Both the position numbers and the translations under genes were made by a program. Shown piece after piece: positions 9,220-19,095 of a DNA stretch of 64,000 nt. Under the pieces are notes generated by a model that made no database searches, had not been told where the DNA came from, and saw only the letters and a program-made list of their open reading frames with translations. Source of the stretch: Chloroflexota bacterium. Lineage in GTDB: Bacteria > Chloroflexota > UBA11872 > VXOZ01. Each line of letters starts with the position of its first letter. Position 1 is the stretch's first letter. The stretch spans positions 2,837,044 to 2,901,043 of the forward strand of contig OZ242272.1 of the NCBI GenBank assembly GCA_965207135.1, given 5' to 3'.

Positions 9220-11136
9220 CTATTGCTGCTGGGTAAGCCAGATCGGACTTGCCCACGCGGTCTGGCGATTGCCCTGCGTGACGCGGAGGTAATAGAAAAC
9301 GAACGGCCGGTCGTCAGGATACGAAGGTGCAAGCGCCAACGCTGCCAGGGGTTCGGCGTCCGTCCATTCACCTTCCCAAAAATCACAGCCGGGTTGCTCT
9401 GTGAGAACAACTTGGTTGTTGCGGAGTAACTCTATCCGGTCGATGCGGTACGTACCTGCCACCCGCATGGCGAAATGGCGGGGTGGGTATCGATCCAAAT
9501 TCACGGCTAGGTCGGTACCCATGGGCGCGTCGTTCATGGTGAAGTCCAGGAGAATGCGGTCGCCGGTGGTAGCATAGCAGCGTCGTTCGTTGAGCGCTTG
9601 CCAGATGGCGTCGCGCGTCAACTCGCGCGCCACCACACAGGCGAGACCGTTGCCGTCGTCCACGAAAAAGCTGCCCTGGTTCGCCAAGCCGTGATGGGAA
9701 TCCGTGCCGCCAATGAAGCCGAGACGGTGTCCCATAGCCAGCGCCCGTTGCACGCTGTGGGGGCCACCCGTTTCCGAGATACCCCAGCTTGAGCAAATCT
9801 CCACCAGCCGTTGGTGCGTATCGTTGCGGTAGTCCCAGTTGGTGACGTTACCGAACTTGGTGTGATGCGGGATCGTCAGGGCTTCCCGGCCCTTGAGATT
9901 CTCCCAAAGCTCGTCCGGCGTCATGCCGCCCGGGCCGAACGAACAGATAAATTCGGCGCTATCGCCGCGGTGGTAGATGTTCTTGTGGCCGTTGGGATTG
10001 CCCGTGCCCCACTCGTGGCTGACCAACGTAACGAAGCGCTGGGAATCGTTGAAGGAGTTTGAAGTGTCCACCACCTCTTGCCAGACGTCGTCGACGATTT
10101 CAAAGCGCATCTTGTAATGGTTGGCAGGCGCACAGAAATCGAGACCGGCCACGTCGCGCCCCCACTCGAAGAATTCCGTCGTAGTACCCGTACCCTGGCT
10201 GTGCCACATCTGGCTGTGCATCTCGCCAAAGTAGATTCCTCGATCTGGCAAGAAACCCGCGCCGATGGGATTGCTCTTGCCCGCGATGCCGGTAGCCGGG
10301 TCAACTACTGTGACACGTTGAATGCCCGGCCGGGTGGCTTTGGCTTGCATGGTAGCGCCGGTGGCATCTGCCTTCTGATCAAGAGCAACGCCTCCCGGCA
10401 CATCCAGTCCTTCAGAGACGATGGTGTGGACATAGCCTTGATAGCCGGTCGCGGCATTGTAGCTGTAGCCGTCGACCGGCAGCACGCGGATGGAAAACTC
10501 CTCACCCGGTCGCACGACAGCAGGGGCAAACACCTTGAAGCGCTCGGCATGCGCTCCAACGACTTGTACGGTCGGATGGGTCGCGGCCCGGCGGTACGAG
10601 CCGTCGCCCTGGCAGTCCACACCCACCGTAAAGATTGCCACTTGCGCGTAGCGCTGCGCCTGCACCAGGTTGCCGTCGGGCGGTCCCAGGATAATTCGTA
10701 CTGAGTCTCCAGGACCCAACTCGCCTTTCTGCACCACCACGTCTACCAGGTCCATGTGCCGACCCCAGGATGCGGCATGGGCCAGCTTCACGTCAGACCG
10801 GGAGCACTCTACATCGGTGAACGCCCCATAGCCCACCTTGCGAATCTGACCCTTGTCGCGGCTGCCGACGGTCTTGAGCCCACGCGGATAGGGATTGCCC
10901 AAATGACACTCCCAGGTGCTGGGCACTTCCATAGTAATGTGCCCGCCGGTGGGCAGCGTGAGGTCCGGACCCAATGTGAGAGTCGCCACAAAGGTATGCC
11001 CGCTGGCAGCCTCCACTTCATTGGGCGTCATTTCCCCATTGATATCGGCCGGCGGCTCGAATTGCCAGGAGCGGTTGATCGGGAACCAGTCGGAGGTGTT
11101 GTCGAAGAGGCGCGGCGTCGACAGAGTTTCTGACAT
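9220..11136 (-). CDS. Hypothetical large protein, possibly a DUF3604/PHP-like metal-dependent hydrolase
   Basis: 639 aa from ATG 11136 (MSETLSTPRLF), preceded by an AAGGG RBS. An internal IYFGEMHSQMWHS motif resembles a PHP-like metal site. No clear signal peptide. The family assignment is from memory and weak. Confidence 0.5.
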   Translation of the reverse strand: MSETLSTPRLFDNTSDWFPINRSWQFEPPADINGEMTPNEVEAASGHTFVATLTLGPDLTLPTGGHITMEVPSTWECHLGNPYPRGLKTVGSRDKGQIRKVGYGAFTDVECSRSDVKLAHAASWGRHMDLVDVVVQKGELGPGDSVRIILGPPDGNLVQAQRYAQVAIFTVGVDCQGDGSYRRAATHPTVQVVGAHAERFKVFAPAVVRPGEEFSIRVLPVDGYSYNAATGYQGYVHTIVSEGLDVPGGVALDQKADATGATMQAKATRPGIQRVTVVDPATGIAGKSNPIGAGFLPDRGIYFGEMHSQMWHSQGTGTTTEFFEWGRDVAGLDFCAPANHYKMRFEIVDDVWQEVVDTSNSFNDSQRFVTLVSHEWGTGNPNGHKNIYHRGDSAEFICSFGPGGMTPDELWENLKGREALTIPHHTKFGNVTNWDYRNDTHQRLVEICSSWGISETGGPHSVQRALAMGHRLGFIGGTDSHHGLANQGSFFVDDGNGLACVVARELTRDAIWQALNERRCYATTGDRILLDFTMNDAPMGTDLAVNLDRYPPRHFAMRVAGTYRIDRIELLRNNQVVLTEQPGCDFWEGEWTDAEPLAALALAPSYPDDRPFVFYYLRVTQGNRQTAWASPIWLTQQQ

Positions 11137-11195
11137 GAACAAACCCTTGCGTCGCATCACCAAACAGTGATTTTTAGGCGAGTTTAGCAACCGGT

Positions 11196-11232
11196 CGCCC
11201 TCACCCTAACCCTCTCCCCCGGGAGAGGGGAC
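11196..11232. repeat. REP-like hairpin repeat, family B, copy 1 (CCCTCACCCTAACCCTCTCCC-N-GGGAGAGGGGA)
   Basis: Near-identical elements occur at 13681-13721 and 27183-27218. CCCTCTCCC and GGGAGAGGG form an inverted repeat. All copies are intergenic at gene 3' ends. Confidence 0.7.
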
Positions 11233-11384
11233 ACTCGCCCAGAGCCGCCAAAACTACCTAAATCCCCACTTTCGCGGGGTTGAAAGAAAAAGTGCTTAAT
11301 ACCTTGCCTGTCAAGAATGTGCGTAACGCGACTATCGATTGACTGGCCTAAGCTAGGTGAGGCCTTTGTCCAACGTGTCCACCG

Positions 11385-12164
11385 CTAGAGTTGCGGGATG
11401 CATGCTTTGCCGTTGCGGGCTACCGGCATTCCGGCGTAGGCGCAGCGGTTGCCCCACTGGTCGATGGCTTCCTTGCTCTTGTACTCGTTGATGACCTTAT
11501 GGCGGGACGTGTTGCTGTAGTTGTTGCCCGCGGTGTGCAGCACCATCACGTGGATGAAGAGCACGTCGCCGGGCTTGGCAAGCATCGGCACGGGCTCGTA
11601 GTCCGCCACCTTCTCGTCGGCTACGGTATGGCCGTGTGACGTCTCCCACTCGCCCATCAGGTGGCTGCCGGGCAGCACCGTAGTCGCGCCTTGGTCTACG
11701 TCGTTGGCGTCCAGGTAGATGATGGCCGCCGCCAGGTCCGACTTGCTGTGACGCTCGTACGGCCAGTCCTGGTGCCAGCCCTGTTCATTCGTGAAGCCCG
11801 GCGGATTGTTGCGCACCTTGCCGTTGTGAAAGTCGATGTCCGGGCCGAAGAGGTCGATGAAGACGTTCACTATGCGGGGGTCGGTAACGTTGTTGAACCA
11901 GTAATCGCTCGCCAACGGCTGGTCCATGATGCCCTGCACGTTCTTGGGGTTGTAGGGGTCGATGGGATACCCCTCCGCCTGCTCCATGAAGTTGTAGCGC
12001 AGGGCCTCGGGGCGTCCGTCGGTATTCGTAATCAGATCGTGAAACTCCGCTCGCATGACCTCCATCTCCGCGGCGTCATACAAGCCTTCCATCACCAGAT
12101 AGCCGTTATCATCGAAAAACTGCTTCTGCTCCGGCGCCAAAGTCACCAGTTGCGCGGTCGCCAT
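11385..12164 (-). CDS. Phytanoyl-CoA dioxygenase (PhyH) family Fe(II)/2-oxoglutarate oxygenase
   Basis: PhyH-type N-terminus (FFDDNGYLVMEGLYD). A conserved HQDW...D facial-triad region and a C-terminal LPGSHL...H motif are present. Confidence 0.75.
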   Translation of the reverse strand: MATAQLVTLAPEQKQFFDDNGYLVMEGLYDAAEMEVMRAEFHDLITNTDGRPEALRYNFMEQAEGYPIDPYNPKNVQGIMDQPLASDYWFNNVTDPRIVNVFIDLFGPDIDFHNGKVRNNPPGFTNEQGWHQDWPYERHSKSDLAAAIIYLDANDVDQGATTVLPGSHLMGEWETSHGHTVADEKVADYEPVPMLAKPGDVLFIHVMVLHTAGNNYSNTSRHKVINEYKSKEAIDQWGNRCAYAGMPVARNGKACIPQL

Positions 12165-12246
12165 GGATTCCTCTCCTTCTCAAGCCTCGCCTTATCTTAC
12201 AAGAAACAAACTCATCTCCGTTGATTATACAATCATTCCCGTCAGG

Positions 12247-12278
12247 CAGGCGCAGGTTGCAAACCTGCGCTACCAGAG
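12247..12278. repeat. Hairpin repeat, family C, copy 1 (GGCGCAGGTTGCAAACCTGCGCTACC)
   Basis: 9-bp stem GCGCAGGTT/AACCTGCGC with a 3-nt loop. A second copy at 45948-45978 has an identical core plus TACC[A/G]GAG. Confidence 0.65.
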
Positions 12279-12463
12279 TCATTGCCTTGCTACATCTCCC
12301 AAGCCTAATTCCCTAGGACGAAATAGCGAAGCCGTAGCGCGGGGGCTTGTCCCCCGCTCTTTGATCGACACCAGACCGGCGCGGTCAGTGCTTGCGGAAT
12401 CTTCTCAGGTAAGAACACGCACACATTCACCGCGCGGCCTAATTGGTAGTCTCGCAGCAGCGA

Positions 12464-13504
12464 CTACTGCTCCACCAAGACACGGCCGCCGCCGTGGGAG
12501 CTTTCATACACCGCCTCGCCGAACGTGAGTGACTTGTAGCTATCCCAGAGATCGGGGCCGGTGGTCTCCAGACCCAAGCAGCGGCGGGCGAAGTTGCGCA
12601 CCTCGCCGGTGTAGCCGTAGTTCATCTGGCTCCGCCCTAACCCGGTCCAGGAGGGGTCAACCGTGTAGTTATAGCGGCCAAAGTGCGGCGTCACATCCGT
12701 CCACTCCTCATGCGGCTGATACGTGACCTTCATCATGTCTTCACACACCACGTGGTTCTCAAACCCAATCAGCTCCAGCGTCTCGATGATGTCGCGGAAC
12801 GCTGCCTTGGAATCGAGCGTATTCAGGTCCATCTGGCCCACCGTGCCGTTCACAAACTCCAGATTGATGAGATACGAGAAATTCTGCGGTCCCACCTCGT
12901 AGTAGAGGGCGTTCACGGCGCGCACGTCCCCGCCAAAGAAGCGCACCAAGTCGAAGATGTGCACGCACTGGCCGATGAGAAACGCGCGCTTGGCGGAGTC
13001 AATACCCCAAATCTGCGGATACTTGCCCTGCCCGAACTTGACCTTGAGCACGTGCAGCCCGCCAAACTCCGGCCGCGCCACAATCTCCTTGGCGATCGTG
13101 TACACGTCGGCGAAGCGCTTCATGAAGCCCACCTGGCCCCACGTGTTATTCGCCTCTGCGAGTTCGGCCAGTTCCTTGGCCTCAGCCGAAGTATTGGCCG
13201 ACGGCTTCTCCGTGTAGACCGGCAGGCCGCGCTTGAGCACCACCGGCGCCAGCTTGTATTGCTGCGGCGCCGGGCCGATGGTGAAGACACCGTCCAGCTC
13301 TTCGGTATCGAGCATCTTCTCCATGTCGGTGTAGACGCGCCGCGCGCCAAAATTGCGGGCATTGCGCTGCGCTTTTTCCTCGTCGATATCGCACACAGCG
13401 ACAAGATCAATCTCAGGAATGAGTTGAATCTGCGGAAAGATCGAGGCGGTGGCAAAGGAGCCACAACCGATGAAGGCAAGTCTGGCTCGGCGCTCGGTAC
13501 TCAT
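12464..13504 (-). CDS. Gfo/Idh/MocA-family NAD(P)-dependent oxidoreductase, tandem copy 1
   Basis: Rossmann motif AFIGCGSFA near the N-terminus and the typical EKP motif (PVYTEKPSA). Strong AAGGAG RBS before the ATG at 13504. Confidence 0.8.
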   Translation of the reverse strand: MSTERRARLAFIGCGSFATASIFPQIQLIPEIDLVAVCDIDEEKAQRNARNFGARRVYTDMEKMLDTEELDGVFTIGPAPQQYKLAPVVLKRGLPVYTEKPSANTSAEAKELAELAEANNTWGQVGFMKRFADVYTIAKEIVARPEFGGLHVLKVKFGQGKYPQIWGIDSAKRAFLIGQCVHIFDLVRFFGGDVRAVNALYYEVGPQNFSYLINLEFVNGTVGQMDLNTLDSKAAFRDIIETLELIGFENHVVCEDMMKVTYQPHEEWTDVTPHFGRYNYTVDPSWTGLGRSQMNYGYTGEVRNFARRCLGLETTGPDLWDSYKSLTFGEAVYESSHGGGRVLVEQ

Positions 13505-13680
13505 GGGGAAATTCGCTCCTTGCGATGGGGGGCACGGTGCAAGCGCACTGGGGAGAATATTTCGAGAGCAGCCTCATTGCACCGTCAAGAGTATTACGGC
13601 AATTATATTCCCAGGCTGCAAGCGTATCAATGCCGGGCTGTCCCTCGCATTTGCCCAGACATGGCAGCATAGTCGATCAG

Positions 13681-13721
13681 TCGCCCTCACCCAAGCCCTC
13701 TCCCGTCGAGGGAGAGGGAAC
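13681..13721. repeat. REP-like hairpin repeat, family B, copy 2
   Basis: TCGCCCTCACCCAAGCCCTCTCCCGTCGAGGGAGAGGGAAC. It lies between the two tandem oxidoreductase copies. Confidence 0.65.
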
Positions 13722-13763
13722 TCTCTCGCTTCCGCTAGGGTTACGCAAGGTTCTTGATGGCCT

Positions 13764-14804
13764 CTACTGCTCCACCAGCACCCGGCCGCCGCCGTGAGAG
13801 CTTTTATACACCGCTTCCCCGAACGTAAGCGCCTTGTAGCTGTCCCAGAGGTCGGGGCCGCTGGTTTCCAGACCCAGGCAGCGGCGGGCGAAGTGCTCCA
13901 CCTCGCCGGTGTAGCCGAAGTTGCGCTTGCTGATCGAAAGGCCGGTCCACGAGGGTTCGAGCGTATAGTTGTAACGTCCCAGGCGCGGCGCCGCCTCTGT
14001 CCACTGCTCTTGGGGCTGGTACTTGACCTTCATCATGTCTTCGCAAACCACGTGGGTCTCCATGCCGATGAGTTCCAGCGTCTCGATGATGTCGCGGGTC
14101 CCCACCTTGGAATCGAGCGTATTGATGTCCATGTGGCCGACCGTGCCGTTCACAAACTGCAAGTTGATGAGATAGGAGAAGTTCTGCGGGCCGACCTCGT
14201 AGTAGAGTGCGTTCACGGCGCGCACGTCGCCGCCAAAGAAGCGCACCAGGTCGAGGATATGCACGCACTGGCCGATAAGAAACGCCCGCTTGGCGGAGTC
14301 GATGCCCCAAATCTGCGGATACTTCCCCTGGCCGAACTTGACCTTGAGCACGTGCAGACCGCCAAATTCGGGACGGGCTATGACTTCCTTGGCAATGCGA
14401 TAGACGTCGGCGAAGCGCTTCATAAAGCCCACCTGGCCCCACGTGCCGTTGGCCTCGGCCAATTCGGCCAATTCCTTGGCCTCCGCCGAGGTATTGGCCG
14501 ACGGCTTCTCCACGTACACTGGCAGGCCGCGCTTGAGCACCACCGGCGCCAGCTTGTATTGCTGCGGCGCCGGGCCGATGGCGAAGACGCCGTCCAACTC
14601 CTCCGTATCGAGCATCTTTTCCATATCGGTATAGACACGCCGCGCGCCAAAATTGCGGGCGTTGCGCTGTGCTTTCTCCTCGTCGAGGTCGCACACGGCG
14701 ACAAGGTCGATCTCGGGGATGAGCTGAATTTGCGGAAAAATCGAAGCCGTGGCAAAAGAGCCACAACCGATGAAGGCGAGTCTGGCACGACGCTCAGAAC
14801 TCAT
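13764..14804 (-). CDS. Gfo/Idh/MocA-family oxidoreductase, tandem copy 2
   Basis: About 90% identical at protein level to 12464-13504. The start is taken at MSSERRARLAFIGCG (ATG 14804) with an AAGGAG RBS. The track start at 14825 is probably too long. Confidence 0.8.
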   Translation of the reverse strand: MSSERRARLAFIGCGSFATASIFPQIQLIPEIDLVAVCDLDEEKAQRNARNFGARRVYTDMEKMLDTEELDGVFAIGPAPQQYKLAPVVLKRGLPVYVEKPSANTSAEAKELAELAEANGTWGQVGFMKRFADVYRIAKEVIARPEFGGLHVLKVKFGQGKYPQIWGIDSAKRAFLIGQCVHILDLVRFFGGDVRAVNALYYEVGPQNFSYLINLQFVNGTVGHMDINTLDSKVGTRDIIETLELIGMETHVVCEDMMKVKYQPQEQWTEAAPRLGRYNYTLEPSWTGLSISKRNFGYTGEVEHFARRCLGLETSGPDLWDSYKALTFGEAVYKSSHGGGRVLVEQ

Positions 14805-15208
14805 GGAAGATTTCACTCCTTGCATGCTTTCGTGGTGCAGACATTTGCCGATCGGGCTGTCTCTGGCTGCTGGTCCACGCCGAGAAGAGTATTACGGCAA
14901 TTATATTCCCACGCAGCGGAAGCATCAATGCTGCGTGGTTTTGGCAAAGTCCCATCAGGAAATGAGAGGAAAGCTCGATCGGTCATTCCGGCGAATGCCG
15001 AAATCCAGTGCCTTGGCTTCCGGCGGAAGAGCAGAGACGCACTTCTCTTTCAAGGCGTGAGACATTCGGAGCGATTTCCGCAGCAGGTATACTCTGTAAC
15101 AGGCGGTCAGTTGTATTCAAGGCCTGACACTAACATGAAAGATGTTGCCAGCCACACCACGTCAAGCAAGCACGTGAGAACGCGAAGGTATCAAAAAGGA
15201 GCACCCCC

Positions 15209-16801
15209 ATGGGCGAGCGACCGAATTTCCTCATAATTCTTACCGACCAGATGCGCGGCGACAACATGCGCTGCGCCTGGCGCGACTGGCGCGACGATAC
15301 GCCGCTCCAGACGCCCAACCTCGATCGGCTGGCGGCCGGCGGGGCGCTGCTCACGCGGGCGTATGTCAACAATCCGCTCTGCATGCCCTCGCGTTCCACA
15401 CTGCTCACCGGGCTGACCCCGCGCGGGCACAACGTGCGCACCAACGGCATCGATCTGGATCCCGCCTTTCCCACGGTGACCGGCACGCTCGCAGATGTGG
15501 GCTACCGCACCCACAGCATCGGTAAGATTCACGTGCGCGTGGCCGGCGAGCCCATCGGCGTAGACCCCGAAACGCTCGATCCGCGCGACTTTCCCGAAAC
15601 CCGCTGGATGTGGCGTAATCGCAAAGTTTCCGCGTTGCCCACGCCCTACTATGGCTTCGCAAGCACGGAGTTGACCATCGGCCACGGGCCCGGCAATTTT
15701 GACAATCACTACCTGTGGCTGGAACGCGAGCATCCGGAAGTGCTTCCCCATTGGAACCGGCAGGCATCCACGCCCGCAGCGAGCGGCGCCGAGCAGTCCT
15801 ACCGCATCAACGTGCCGCCGGAGTACCACTACAACACCTGGATCGCCGACCGCAGCATCGCGTACATGCAGGATGCAGCCGATCAGGAACAACCGTTCAT
15901 GCTCTGGGCCTCGTTTCCCGATCCGCATCATCCCTATGCCGCGCCGGACCCCTGGTATTCCATGTACGACCGCGATTCGATTCCACCCCCGACGCGGCGC
16001 GAGCATGAGCTCGACGAATTGCCGCCGCACATGCGGCTCATGTACGAGACCGATCAATGGACCTCCGGTCGCCGGTTCGCCACCAAGATGCCGGACGAGC
16101 AGATGCGCGAGATCACGGCCATCACCTTTGGCATGGTGTCCTTCATCGACGAGCAAGTGGGCCGCATGCTGGACTCGCTCGACGAGCTTGGCCTGGCAGA
16201 CAACACGATTGTCGTCTTTACCGCCGACCACGGCGACCTGCTGGGCGATCACTGGCTGCTCAACAAGGGACCGTTCCACTTCGACGGCATGCTCAACATA
16301 CCGTCCATCTGGCGCTGGCCGGCGCAGTTCCCGGCGGGCCAAGTTTCACGGAGTCTCGTTTCGCACTTAGACATCCCGCCTACGCTGCTCGACCTGGCGG
16401 GCGTGGAACCGCCTGAATACGGCCCGCCGTTCATGAAGGGCGTGCCGCAGCCGGAAGCGGAACGGCAAATGGCAGCGTGGCCGGGACGCTCGCTCACGCC
16501 GTTGCTCACGGGCGCGGCGGATTCCGTGCAGGACGCGATCATCATAGAGAACGACGAGGACTACATCGGACTGCGCCTGCGCACCCTCGTCACCGACACG
16601 CACCAACTCACGGTCTACGTCGGCGACGACGGCGAGCAGGAGTACGGCGAGCTATTCGATACCCAGAGCGACCCCGGCCAACTTCACAACCTCTGGCACG
16701 TTGCCAGTGTGCAAGGCCTGAAACGCGAACTGAAGGTGCGGTTGGCGGAGGAACTCATTCGCACAGACAACCGGATGCCGAGACGGCAAAGCCATGCGTG
16801 A
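15209..16801 (+). CDS. Sulfatase (arylsulfatase family, formylglycine-dependent)
   Basis: The N-terminal PNFLIILTDQ and the C-x-P-x-R formylglycine motif in NPLCMPSRSTLLTG. Strong AAAGGAG RBS. Confidence 0.85.
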   Translation: MGERPNFLIILTDQMRGDNMRCAWRDWRDDTPLQTPNLDRLAAGGALLTRAYVNNPLCMPSRSTLLTGLTPRGHNVRTNGIDLDPAFPTVTGTLADVGYRTHSIGKIHVRVAGEPIGVDPETLDPRDFPETRWMWRNRKVSALPTPYYGFASTELTIGHGPGNFDNHYLWLEREHPEVLPHWNRQASTPAASGAEQSYRINVPPEYHYNTWIADRSIAYMQDAADQEQPFMLWASFPDPHHPYAAPDPWYSMYDRDSIPPPTRREHELDELPPHMRLMYETDQWTSGRRFATKMPDEQMREITAITFGMVSFIDEQVGRMLDSLDELGLADNTIVVFTADHGDLLGDHWLLNKGPFHFDGMLNIPSIWRWPAQFPAGQVSRSLVSHLDIPPTLLDLAGVEPPEYGPPFMKGVPQPEAERQMAAWPGRSLTPLLTGAADSVQDAIIIENDEDYIGLRLRTLVTDTHQLTVYVGDDGEQEYGELFDTQSDPGQLHNLWHVASVQGLKRELKVRLAEELIRTDNRMPRRQSHA

Positions 16802-17694
16802 TTCTTAGAGTCTCTACTGGCTTTATGTGCAACCTGCTACACTAGCAAAAAATGGCATTGGCCGCTGCATCAACGACTGAGAGTGTCCCAATATGATGCC
16901 TCCCGGCCACTGGATACTTTAGGGGCCAGTCAAACACATGCAAACCCCTCATGAATCTCTGCCGTCACTCATGAGAGCATTCTTAACCGAGCTATTCCGA
17001 GAGCGCCTTCCCAATGCTGTCAATAGGGTGATGATTGCGCTGCGTTGTACGTACCCCGAAGAGAAAGAGACAGCGTATTCACTGGACTTGAGAATGAGCG
17101 GCAGAGTGCGCTACGCCGTGCGCCGCGAACTGATCCTCGCCAATGGGTCAAAAGCGGTGCTGTACCAACTGGAAAGTGATGTCCGAACCCCGGAGATTCA
17201 TTAAGACTGGCGCTGCCCCTCGACACGGTGACTTACCGTTTAGCTGGCACTTTACGTGGGGCCAGAACTTGGCATCTGAAACCAGGCCTAATCCAGTACA
17301 ATTGGCACGAGGCAAGACTCGCTGAGCCGAAGCGCACCCCCATCGGCGCGTAGAAGTGTCGTAAGAAAACCTCCCCGCAGTCACCGTCTTACACCGATCA
17401 AACCGCCACGACGTGAATTGGAGGAATAGTCGGGAATAGCCGGCATAGGGTTGTGCTCACCGTATTCGACCAAGAGCGCGGAAAAACGTCGTGGACTATC
17501 GTGCCAGAGCGCAGCAAGCCACTTCCCCGGACTTTATGTCACCGCGCATTGAGTGTGAGGCATTCCGGCATTGGGCGAAGGGGATTGCAAAGTCTCGCGA
17601 ATGGTTTTGCAGTGTCTCATTGAGAAGCACCGGCAGTCGTAAGGGAGTACTGCGAAGGGCGTGCACGCGTACAGCGCGTGGCCGCGCAGAAGAT

Positions 17695-17725
17695 GGAGCG
17701 CAGGCCTGAGGCCTGCGCTCCTTTT
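17695..17725 (+). terminator. Orphan rho-independent terminator: GGAGCGCAGGCC-TGA-GGCCTGCGCTCC followed by TTTT
   Basis: Perfect 12-bp GC-rich stem, 3-nt loop and a T tract. It lies in a 1-kb region (16802-17811) with no convincing CDS. Confidence 0.5.
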
Positions 17726-17811
17726 GACTATGGCACTTTTTCGCCGGCACCGGGCCGACTTCAGTTCCTCTATGGAGGCTCGCCCAGAGCTTCCAATATC
17801 AGTTCTGCGAC

Positions 17812-19095
17812 CTATACCCGATAGTAATCCGCCACCTTTGCGAACATCGTGGCCATATCCTCGATGTCCTCGGCGGAGTGCTTGTCGGTCCACGTCCAGC
17901 GGACGGTGGTATCCACGTGCTTCTTTGCCTCGGGGCACATAGCCGCGCTGTACTCGATGTCTTTGGCAAACTCGTTCATCGGATGGTCCCACGGCCAGCC
18001 GGACCTGCCGGCCACGTGCGCCTTGTCCTGCATGAAGACATGGCTATCGGGCACGAGATAGTACGGCGCGGGGCCGCCGCCCGGCGTGAGGCCTTCAGCC
18101 AAGAGCGCTTCCGAAAACTCCCAGATGGAGCACCGGAACTGATCGAGATCAAGACGCACGTGGTAGAGCCAGTGAATATGGTCACTTCCTGGAGGAGTGA
18201 ATGGCGGCGTAAGACCGTCAATCTCATCAATTAGAGAGTTCAGATGCGCGGCTCCCTGCCGCCGCCGCTCGTTCTGCTCCTCGAGCACCCCAAGCTCGGC
18301 CAACGCCAGTCCCGCCTGGAACTGACCGAAGCGATAGTTCAAGCCGAACGATTCGTGCTTGCGACCGTAGTTCGGGTGCGAAACGGCGCCGCGCGTGAGC
18401 GCAAAGCTCCGCACACGATCGGCGACTTCCTCACTATCCGTGGTAACGGCCCCGCCATGGTCCGCCGTTAAGTGCTTTTCCGCATCAAACGAAAAGCCGC
18501 CGACGTCGCCCAGCGAACCCGCTTTTCCCTTCACATTCCGTCCTGAATAGTTCGCGAGCGGCGCTTGGCAAACATCTTCTACGACGGTGATGTTCTTGCT
18601 CTTCCCCAGCGCCACAATCTCTTCCATTGGGCAGAGCAGACCGTAGAAGTGAACGGCAACGATGACTGCCGTGCGCGGCGACAGCACTTTTGCGATGGTC
18701 TCGGCGGTGACGTTTCCCGTGCGCACGTCCACATCGGGAAAGATTGGGATTGCCCCCTGGGCAATGATGCCGGCGATTGTGCCGAAGTCGGTAATGGGAC
18801 TCACGACGATTTCGTCGCCAGGGCCGGCGTCCAAGCCAGCATAGAGGGAGTGGAGCGCGGCCGTGCAATTCGCAATGGAAACGCAGTATTTCGTGCCGGT
18901 GGCCTCGGCAAACGCCTCCTCGAAGCGGCTGATCATGTTGCTGGAAACTCCGCCGTCCAACACCGCGCGCACGTTGTCGTAGGCGCTCTCCGGCACATAG
19001 CGAGGAAACACTTGCGGCAGCGGGTTATCCGACCCCCGCACCGGCGTACCTCCCTCGATGGCCAGACTCACGTCCGCAGGACTCTTGATTGCCAT
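17812..19095 (-). CDS. DegT/DnrJ/EryC1/StrS-family PLP-dependent aminotransferase
   Basis: Family-typical N-terminus (LAIEGGTPVRG...FPRYVPESAYDNVRAVLDGG). Length about 430 aa. Confidence 0.78.
   Translation of the reverse strand: MAIKSPADVSLAIEGGTPVRGSDNPLPQVFPRYVPESAYDNVRAVLDGGVSSNMISRFEEAFAEATGTKYCVSIANCTAALHSLYAGLDAGPGDEIVVSPITDFGTIAGIIAQGAIPIFPDVDVRTGNVTAETIAKVLSPRTAVIVAVHFYGLLCPMEEIVALGKSKNITVVEDVCQAPLANYSGRNVKGKAGSLGDVGGFSFDAEKHLTADHGGAVTTDSEEVADRVRSFALTRGAVSHPNYGRKHESFGLNYRFGQFQAGLALAELGVLEEQNERRRQGAAHLNSLIDEIDGLTPPFTPPGSDHIHWLYHVRLDLDQFRCSIWEFSEALLAEGLTPGGGPAPYYLVPDSHVFMQDKAHVAGRSGWPWDHPMNEFAKDIEYSAAMCPEAKKHVDTTVRWTWTDKHSAEDIEDMATMFAKVADYYRV

Larger units (their letters stand above)
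12464..15060. repeat. Tandem duplication of about 1.3 kb: oxidoreductase gene plus its upstream leader, two copies
   Basis: Copies at 12464-13763 and 13764-15060 are near-identical at nucleotide level. The shared 5' leader contains GAGTATTACGGCAATTATATTCCCA (TATAAT-like on the coding strand). Confidence 0.8.

Noticed and set aside
13794-15236. 480-aa plus-strand ORF, and similar long ORFs (12683-13672 +, 15191-16342 -, 15699-16370 +, 21463-22359 +, 40041-41162 -, 41725-42594 -, 19877-20554 +, 10078-10704 +)
   Set aside because: These are antisense or out-of-frame overlaps of well-supported genes in high-GC DNA. Their composition is Arg/Ala/Gly-rich and low-complexity, with no motifs or RBS. 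They are shadow ORFs.
17491-17709. 72-aa ORF whose TGA stop is the loop of the orphan terminator
   Set aside because: Arg-rich, no RBS, and it overlaps another short ORF. The transcript, if any, is more likely non-coding. It is retained only as context for the terminator finding.
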